64,000 nt of DNA from Sedimentisphaerales bacterium (GTDB taxonomy: Bacteria; Planctomycetota; Phycisphaerae; Sedimentisphaerales; Anaerobacaceae): the NCBI GenBank assembly GCA_963708075.1, contig OY970194.1:5600001-5664000 (forward strand). Reading direction: 5' to 3'. The notes beneath the pieces were generated by a model. The model was given only the letters and a program-made list of their open reading frames with translations, was not told the origin of the DNA and did no database searches. The translations under genes and the position numbers were made by a program. Positions 50,112 to 57,298 of this stretch are shown here, in pieces (positions within the stretch are counted from its first letter, which is position 1; each line of letters begins with the position of its first letter).

Positions 50112-50282
50112 TCAGATTAGGGGGCCGTGCACCTTGGCACGCCGGGGGCAGTAGATCCGGTTTGGTGCGCGGAATCCTCCGCACTATGGGCGTGGATTTA
50201 TGGCGGCGTTCGCCTGGCGAGCGTCGCGATACACACGGTATCAAGACCCCGGACGGACCCGAGGCTCCGTCGGGGTTTTTTT
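50112..50282 (+). ncRNA. Candidate structured small RNA or attenuator leader, family not recognised
   Basis: Bounded by the promoter and terminator; several G-U-compatible stems. Confidence 0.45.
50243..50282 (+). terminator. Rho-independent terminator
   Basis: AAGACCCCGGACGGA-loop-TCCGTCGGGG followed by T7. Confidence 0.8.
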
Positions 50283-50361
50283 GTGGGTATGGTTGGCTGC
50301 CCGGCGTGCTCCTGCTTCGCCGGGTGAGATGGAACAACCGAACTACTGGAGGAGCCGGGGG

Positions 50362-51365
50362 ATGAAGACGATACGAATGCCGGCACTGCTGGCCTGTGTT
50401 CTGCTGCTCGGTGGCTTGGCCGAGGCGCGCACAGTGACCGTACAAGACACGCTCGACTACACCGACATCTTCAACGGGAACTACTTCTGGGATCCCGATG
50501 TCATCCTGGATCATTCCCCCTTCTTCCGCACCTCGCTGGAGGACTGGGACTGGACCCACGACATGCAGAGCGTGGTTCCGGCCGATGCCAACGGCATCCA
50601 AAGCGCCAGCCTGTCCATCCTGGCATGGGATGTGGATACCGAGGAGGGCGAGATCGACATCGTCTACGCCAACGGGATCAAACTCGGCACGCTGAAGGGC
50701 ATGGCGCCGGGCGAGGAGCGCACGTGGACCACGACGGTCTTCAACCTGCCGGCGAAGGTGCTGCAGGAGCTCTGGACCAGCCGCAAAGTCACGATCTTCC
50801 TCGATATCGACTGGGACACCGTCGGCGACCGCGTGACCCTGCGCAACTCGATTCTGTCGGTCAACTATACGGTCCCGGGGGGCAGCGCCGGGGCGCGGGA
50901 CCCGATCCGAACGCCGCCCTGCATCGCTGCTGGTCGCCCGTGCTGTCCGGTCACTTCTATACGATCAGGGAGAAGGACAAGGACAAGCTGATCCGCGATA
51001 ACCCGTTTGTTTGGAAGTATGATGGGATCGCCTATCACGTGTTCGGCGCGCTGGTGAACCCCAATTTGAAACCCGTGTACCGGTTCTGGTCGAGCCAGTG
51101 CAGCGCCTACTTCTACACGATCAGCGAACAGGACAAGGACAAGCTGATCCGCGAACCATCGCGCGGGTGGACCTACGAGGGCGTGGCGTTCTACGCCTAT
51201 CCCGACGGCCGCCAGCCGGCGGGCGCGAAACCGGTGTACTGCTTCTGGTCCGACAAGCTGAGCAAGTATTTCTATACGATCAGCGAGCCGGAGAAGCAGT
51301 TGCTTGTCGCCAAGTACGCTCAACTCTGGCTTCCGCAAGGCGTGGCCTGGTACGCCTATGAATAG
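50362..51365 (+). CDS. Secreted protein: N-terminal beta domain plus C-terminal DUF5648-like repeats; frameshift near 50890
   Basis: GGAGG RBS and signal peptide. One added G joins the frames to give three '(V/L)(Y/H)RFWS...(H/Y)FYTI.E..K..LI....W.Y.G.A(F/W)Y' repeats. Confidence 0.72.
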
Positions 51366-51497
51366 GGGGTGATGGCCCGCGTCGCCGGCGGCGGACGCAG
51401 GCCCTGATGATGCATGACGATTGTCACGGTCTCACTTGCACGGTGTGTGCTGTGTGGGGGGAAGACCTGTGTACATGATTCTGAGGAGAGAAGGAAG

Positions 51498-52151
51498 ATG
51501 AAAGTTGTGAGAGTGATCACGCTGGCAGTTTGTCTGCTGGCGGGAGCCGGCGCTGCCAACGCCGAGATTGTCCAAGTCAGTGACACCCTGAACTACACTG
51601 ACAATGGGCCCGTGCATGGTTTCTACTTCTGGGAACCGACCACCGTCGTGGATCATACGCCCTTCCATCGCCACGCGTGGGAGGACTGGGGATGGATGCA
51701 CGATGTCAGCGCTCTCGTGCCGGACGGCGCCACCGGCATCAGCTCCGCGACCCTCAACGTTCTGGCCTGGGGTGTAAACGACAGCGTGGGCGAGGTGGAT
51801 ATCATCTCCGCCAACGGCACACAGCTCGGGACGCTTACGAGCATCTCCAGCGAGCCGGTGCCTCCGGTTCCGCCCGAAATGTACACGACACCCGGCCAGC
51901 CCTACGGAGCCCTTACCGACTGGTCCATCACGTCGTTCGCGCTGCCTTCGAACGTCCTGCAGGCGCTGTTCCTGAACGGCGACCTCAACGTCTTCATGAA
52001 CATCGACGCAACCTTGAACGGCGATCGGGTCACGATCCGCAGCTCGACTCTCAAGGTGAACTACCTCACGGGCACGCCCGTTCCGGAGCCGGCGACGCTC
52101 GGTCTGCTCGGCCTGGGCGCCCTGGCCCTGCTGAAACGACGCCATGCGTAA
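51498..52151 (+). CDS. PEP-CTERM sorting domain protein
   Basis: Signal peptide; C-terminus VPEPATLGLLGLGALALLKRRHA. Confidence 0.9.
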   Translation: MKVVRVITLAVCLLAGAGAANAEIVQVSDTLNYTDNGPVHGFYFWEPTTVVDHTPFHRHAWEDWGWMHDVSALVPDGATGISSATLNVLAWGVNDSVGEVDIISANGTQLGTLTSISSEPVPPVPPEMYTTPGQPYGALTDWSITSFALPSNVLQALFLNGDLNVFMNIDATLNGDRVTIRSSTLKVNYLTGTPVPEPATLGLLGLGALALLKRRHA

Positions 52152-52184
52152 CAGGCGTTGAGCTCAGGAAATTGCCTGCCCTTC

Positions 52185-52263
52185 GGGTGCCATGTCTACG
52201 CTTGCGTAGACATGTTCCACTCGATGGGCAAGGCATGCTTACGCGAGCGTAAGCATGGCACCC
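52185..52263. repeat. Family B REP-like double hairpin between convergent genes
   Basis: Matches 22645-22722. Confidence 0.88.
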
Positions 52264-52296
52264 GCATGGGCGTGACGTGCGCGAGAGCCGGGACGT

Positions 52297-53194
52297 TCAT
52301 TTATGATCGGCCCGGCCCAGCCACGCCTCGGATTTGCATTGTTGCGTCCAGGCCCGCAGCGCCTGGAGCGATGCGGTCAGCGTGTCGATTCCGCCGCGCG
52401 CAGAAACTCCGACGGAGGGACTTCGAGAATGATCCGACCGTCAAAGTCATTGAGGATCAGAAGCCTGAGGAAGTCCTTCCAGGGGACAGTGTTATAGACG
52501 AGCGGCTGGTGGTCGTCGCCGCAGACGTCGTGGCAATGGACGTGCCCGATGCGCGGATCAGCGCCTGCGGCGGATGGAGCGGCCAGCCGTAGCGGCGAGC
52601 GTTCCAGTATGCATGCCCGAAGTCCCAGCACGCCACCGCGTCCGTCGCGATCGAGATCTCCAGCAACTCCTCGTATGTGTCGCCGATGCGCTGCCTCGGC
52701 TCATCGGCGTTCGGGCTGATCTGCAATTCCACCGCAACGGCGACATCGGGGACATTGTCGCGGCACCAATCGTGGGCCCACGTGAAGAATGAGATCGATT
52801 GGTCAAGGAGATACCGCCTGGGATCGGCGGATACGCCTGCCGCCGCGTGGATGTTGACGACCGTCGGGAATTGTTGCCGCCGGGCGGCCTCCGCAGCCAG
52901 AAGGAAGAATCGCTCGTGCAGGGCCCGGCAGGGATTCTCCTCCTCAGGCGAGAAGCACACCGGATTGAAGACGGTGCCCTCGGAGTAGGGATGCAGCGTC
53001 ACCTTCAGCCCCGCATCGACGCACCGGGCGATGTGGTCCTGCAGTACCGCCGTCTCGGTTTCCGGCCCGACCGGCGTCTCCACCACCTCCACGCCCAGTT
53101 CCCTCAGGAACGGCAAAATCTCCCGGCTGCCAAACAGCCGCTGGTAAACCTCATCGTGCGAAAACCCAATATCGAATTTCAGTCCTATCAGCAT
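52297..53194 (-). CDS. Sugar-phosphate isomerase/epimerase (xylose-isomerase-like TIM barrel); two frameshifts (~52553, ~52396); probably leaderless
   Basis: 'AVELQ','CWDFGHA', then in shifted frames 'IGHVHCHD...DHQPL...FDGRIILE' and 'GGIDTLTASLQALRAW'. TATAAT at 53201-53206 lies just before the ATG at 53194. Confidence 0.7.
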
Positions 53195-53260
53195 CGGCCC
53201 ATTATAGCGACCGTCCCCGCCAAACCAAGTGGCTGGCTCGTCCCCGCGACCCATCGCCGC

Positions 53261-53917
53261 AAATTGGCTTTGTTTCGCAGAACCGGCCCTGCCTGCTTCT
53301 GTCATTGCGAGCAGCACAGCGACGAAGCAATCTCAGGCGACTGCATGAATTGGCTTTGTTTTTCACACAGGCACTATCCGTGCTTTCTTTTATAACTCCT
53401 TTCCCCGTCAGCAGTTGCCCGTTGTCTGTACCTCCTGCAAATTGGCTTTGTTTCGCATTATCCTCTCTCGCTGCGCACGTGACATCGCCTCCCGTGACCC
53501 AGGTCTCCCATCTTCCCCACATTTGGCTTTGTTTCGCGCAGTAGGGTGAACGTCCCCGTTTGCTCCGGTGGTTGTGCAAGGCCACAGCCCGGAATTGGCT
53601 TTGTTTCGCGTCATCGTCTCTCCACGCGCATGGGACATTCGCGTTCCATGACCCAGATCCCCCATCTTGCCCAAGTTTGGCTTTGTTTCGCAAAGTCGGG
53701 TGAACGTCGCCGTTTGCTCCAGGTCCGCGTGCCGGGCCGCCGTCCGGAAATTGGCTTTGTCTCGCAGAATCGCCTGCTGAGTTCGCGGCGATCTCGTCTC
53801 GGCCATGTCTCCCATGCGCAATTGGCTTTGTTTCGCACAATTGATCCCTCGCCATCACGGCTCGTCGCCAGCGTGGCGACGAAGCCGTCTTGGCCGTCGA
53901 GATTGGCTTTGTTCCTG
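53261..53917 (-). repeat. Regularly interspaced short-repeat array (9 x ~TTGGCTTTGTTTCGC; minus strand GCGAAACAAAGCCAA); no cas genes
   Basis: Repeat cores start at 53264, 53350, 53442, 53523, 53595, 53677, 53751, 53822 and 53903. Confidence 0.92.
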
Positions 53918-54125
53918 CGTCTGGGTGATTTGAGGTTGCCTTCATGTCTCACGCAGAGACGCAGGAATGGACAGTGTGAAATCCGGTTCGGTCCCGCCCT
54001 TGTCGGCGCCTCCGCGTCTCTGCGCCTGAATTGGGTTATGGTCCAAGGCTCCACTGCCCTCTCGGGATGGCGGTGGCGAGAAGCCCAGACGTGCCGCTTG
54101 CGATTCTCTATTCAGTTGTGCAGCA

Positions 54126-54154
54126 ATCGTACAGGAACACCTGTTCTGTGTCAA
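54126..54154 (-). promoter_or_regulatory. Near-consensus sigma70 promoter facing the array, with a palindrome in its spacer
   Basis: Minus strand TTGACA-17 bp-TACGAT; GAAC-ACCT-GTTC at 54135-54146. Confidence 0.72.
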
Positions 54155-54232
54155 GTGAAATACCAAGAATCTGGAACTTTATTTGGCTGCCCGGGGAAGA
54201 AGGAGCCGTCCTCAGGTGTTCTCCGGACACAA

Positions 54233-55282
54233 CTACGATGATGGTCCGGTTGGGCCCCTGCCCAGAATCGCCTCAAGCCTCTTGTGGAGGAGATTTCGCA
54301 GTTCCGTGATATTCTTGTACTCAGGAACATTGTGTACAGAAAGATCGAAGTGCAATCTTGTACCATGCTTTCGATAGAGAATTGGCCGTTTCTGCATTGC
54401 ATGGGCATAGCCAATTTCATAATAGACGTTCGGCCGCTCATAGGACAAATCTGCTATCAGCAATTCGCAGAGCGCTATTTCAGACAAGATCAGGTCGGTG
54501 ATTCTATCTTGATGTTGAATCTCATCGGCTCGGTAGGCGCGTACGCCGAACGAGACACACACCCGCTTGATGGTTTCATAGACATCTTCCAGTTCGGCGT
54601 TCTCAGGGTCCATCGGCATTAGGACAAAAGCAGTACCCTTCTTTATCTCCTGACGAAGCGGCGGTGACGGATTGTAAGAGACATAGTGGGTTGGTTGCCA
54701 CACTTGCCCGGAGAGAATCGTTCCAGGAAAATCCGTAGTATGCAGCGTGTAGGCCACGGAATTCTCTGCACGCCTTTCATAGTACTGTTGCATGAGTGGC
54801 TCTAAGCCTTCGAACGCAAGGTAAGCATCGTAGGCGTCGTCGCCATTAAGGGTAATAGACAAAAGTCCCGCTGACCCGGACCTTCCACTTCCCCCCGAGT
54901 AGAAACCCCCAAGACCAGATAGATTCTCTAACGCTATCTCAGCTTCTGTTTCTGGCAGTTGAACCATCTCAGACAGTCCCTTGGCGGTTATTGTCTCAAT
55001 GCCAGGTTGTTCCACTATGAGATCGCGAATCTTGAAGATCACCCGTTCAAGGTTCTTGAGTACAGGGGAATCGGGATCTACTTTCCAGATCCCGAGTATT
55101 GTCAGTTTCTTCCCGTTGAGCAGAAATCTGCTGTCGACCTTCTTAGGATCAAAGCCCCTCGGTAATTTGTCGCATAGCGTGACTTTTGCTATCTTTGGGT
55201 CAAACTGGGTGTCCTGATAAACAGCCTTGAGCCATGTAATGTCAGCCTCAGATAGCGCGTGGTCTTTGAATGACGAACTCAT
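54233..55282 (-). CDS. Hypothetical protein with C-terminal nucleoside 2-deoxyribosyltransferase/TIR-like domain
   Basis: 'AFVLMPM...AYRADEI...ITD.IL..I...LLIADLS.ERPNVYYEIGYAHA...HFDL'; visibly lower GC than the flanks. Confidence 0.72.
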   Translation of the reverse strand: MSSSFKDHALSEADITWLKAVYQDTQFDPKIAKVTLCDKLPRGFDPKKVDSRFLLNGKKLTILGIWKVDPDSPVLKNLERVIFKIRDLIVEQPGIETITAKGLSEMVQLPETEAEIALENLSGLGGFYSGGSGRSGSAGLLSITLNGDDAYDAYLAFEGLEPLMQQYYERRAENSVAYTLHTTDFPGTILSGQVWQPTHYVSYNPSPPLRQEIKKGTAFVLMPMDPENAELEDVYETIKRVCVSFGVRAYRADEIQHQDRITDLILSEIALCELLIADLSYERPNVYYEIGYAHAMQKRPILYRKHGTRLHFDLSVHNVPEYKNITELRNLLHKRLEAILGRGPTGPSS

Positions 55283-55461
55283 GGTTTTTCACTTTCTTCT
55301 AAAGGGCCTTCATACAGACCTTAATCTTGACTCCCTTCAGGTCACTCTAACGCAGAGAACGCCCAAGGTCAATTTTCACCAGACGGATTGCGTGGACCTT
55401 CTAGGCCGGCAAATAAGGCAATGCGCGGAGCACGCCTTACCTGCTCTGGCCGATGCCGTAT

Positions 55462-56439
55462 TCAGTCGCTGCCGGGGAGGAGGTCGATGTCTTCGCGTTG
55501 GAGTAGTTGGATGATCTCGGCTTTGGTGGGCAGGGCCTCGATCACGCCGAACTTCGTGCAGACCAAGGCGCCGGCGGCGGAGGCGAACTTGACCGCTTCG
55601 CGCAGGTCGTGCTTGACCGCGCAATAGGCGGCCAGTGCGCCGGCGAAGGCGTCGCCGCTGCCGGTCTTGTCCACCAGGTCCACCCCGAAGGCGGGCACGT
55701 GGTCGGCGCCGCCGCGGTCCACTACCACGCATCCTCGCCGGCCCATCGTGATGACCGCGCAGCGGGCGCCGCGGGCCACGAGGTCCGAGCCGATGGATTT
55801 GGCCATGCGGATGTCGGTGGCCAGCGTGTCGGTGATTTCCGCCGCCTCGCCGAGGTTCGGGATCAGGACGTTGGCGGAGAAGTACTCGGGCGGCAGATCG
55901 ACGTTCTGCTGGCCCGCGTGTTCGAGCGGCCGGGCGGGATTGAGGATCACCGGCGTGCCGTGCAGCTCCGCGCAGCGAAGCGCCGCCACAATCGCCTCCT
56001 GCGGCAGGCACCCGTGAATCAGGCACACGTCCGCTTCGGCGATGCACTCCTCCGCCGTCTCGATGTCCGCCGGCTGCAGGGCGCTATTGGCCCCGATGTA
56101 GTGACAACTGGCGTTCTCGCCCTCGCAGTTGACCATCGTGACGATGACGCCCGTGCTCTTGGACTCGGCGAAGAACACGTACTCCGTGTCCACCTTGTAC
56201 TCATTGAGGCTCTTGAGGGCCATCTGGGCGAACCCGTCGCCGCCGACCTTGCTGACCAGGTGCACTTCGCAGCGGCACAGGGCGGTCTGAATGGCCTGGA
56301 TCGGGCCGGGACCGGCAATCGCGCAGGACAGGGCCGAGCCGCTGACCGCCTGCCCCGGGGCGGGAATCTGGCCGCACCGGAAGGCCATATCGACGTAGGT
56401 GCCGCCAATGACAACAACCTTCGGAATCCGTTCCGACAT
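55462..56439 (-). CDS. rbsK: Ribokinase (PfkB family)
   Basis: 'KVGGDGF','TGV...V...GEN','ILNPA','PNLGEA','VITMG..G','VDKTGSGDAFAGAL'. Confidence 0.8.
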   Translation of the reverse strand: MSERIPKVVVIGGTYVDMAFRCGQIPAPGQAVSGSALSCAIAGPGPIQAIQTALCRCEVHLVSKVGGDGFAQMALKSLNEYKVDTEYVFFAESKSTGVIVTMVNCEGENASCHYIGANSALQPADIETAEECIAEADVCLIHGCLPQEAIVAALRCAELHGTPVILNPARPLEHAGQQNVDLPPEYFSANVLIPNLGEAAEITDTLATDIRMAKSIGSDLVARGARCAVITMGRRGCVVVDRGGADHVPAFGVDLVDKTGSGDAFAGALAAYCAVKHDLREAVKFASAAGALVCTKFGVIEALPTKAEIIQLLQREDIDLLPGSD

Positions 56440-56675
56440 CTTCTATCCTCAGGCAATACCTTTTTCTCCTGATCGCCCCAGTATAGGCCCCTGTTCCAAG
56501 CGACACAACGATTTTCCGGACGAATCCGCCCAGCGGGCTGGCGCCTGGGGATGCCTGCTCAGCGACGGGTCAATTCCGCCGCTGACCGCCGACAGGTTCC
56601 CAAACAGATCCTGTGACTGGGCGGCGGACAAGGTTTGGTAGCTGATACTTAAGGATTTGGTGCACCGTCAAGTAA

Positions 56676-56836
56676 GTTGGCAACGTCCCAAATCCTTGAG
56701 ATCGAGCCTGTGCAAGCTGCGCAGTCGGGTGGCAGCGTCAAGGCCGAAGGCCTTGGCGATGGCGAATGGGCAAGACCATCGCCAAGCTGCGCTTGACGCT
56801 GCCACCCAAAACTCAACAACTTGAGACGAACCCAAC
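56676..56836. mobile_element. 161-bp MITE-like element, inverted near-identical copy of 31277-31437
   Basis: Same internal sequence and terminal IR (degenerate in this copy); sits in the loop of a family C hairpin. Confidence 0.75.
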
Positions 56837-56939
56837 TCGTTTGACGGTGCTGTTTCGACTGAGCCGGTTCATTCGAGACTTCGCGGGCCAACGAGTTTGC
56901 CCGTGCCACCCATGACTTTGCCCTTCCACGCCGGGCAAC

Positions 56940-57296
56940 TCATTGACTTGCCTGCTGCTCGAGCCAGCGTTTGATGACGCTCAGGATGTAGTCGATCTCG
57001 GCCGGGGAGAGGGGCCGGCCTTTGGGGATGGCGTGCCATTTTTCCAGGCAGCCGCGACAGCAGGTGGCGGTGGCGTGCTGGGCGATGAAGGCGGGGTGGT
57101 TGCGCATCGGGGTCTGGCGGCCGTCGTTGGCGGGCTCAGCCGGGGCCAGCCGGCTCTCGATGAAGTCCCTCGCGTGAACAAGGACCGTGTCCAGTCCCTT
57201 CTCCTTGAGGTACGCGGCTTCCCTGCCGCGAAGCCGGAACCGGCTGCGAAACTCCGACCGTCCCAACGCCGCGAACAGTTCATCCAGGTCACGCAT
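56940..57296 (-). CDS. DUF4186 family protein
   Basis: 'FRSRFRL...HARDFI..RLAPA.P.NDGRQTPM.NHP.FIAQHATATCCRGCLEKWH'. Confidence 0.88.
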   Translation of the reverse strand: MRDLDELFAALGRSEFRSRFRLRGREAAYLKEKGLDTVLVHARDFIESRLAPAEPANDGRQTPMRNHPAFIAQHATATCCRGCLEKWHAIPKGRPLSPAEIDYILSVIKRWLEQQASQ

Positions 57297-57298
57297 CA

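Noticed and set aside
50120..50250. tRNA, tmRNA or SRP RNA
   Set aside because: No T-loop GTTCGA in a cloverleaf, no CCA end, no SRP domain IV motif. Kept as an unknown RNA candidate.
53261..53917. Calling the array a CRISPR
   Set aside because: The repeat is only ~15 nt and degenerate, spacers are ~56-77 nt and partly duplicated or REP-derived, and no cas genes are present. Reported as an unexplained repeat array instead.
53202..54241. ORFs overlapping the array (247, 231, 147, 137 aa)
   Set aside because: The repeat is read in changing frames and no protein family is recognisable; probably shadow ORFs.
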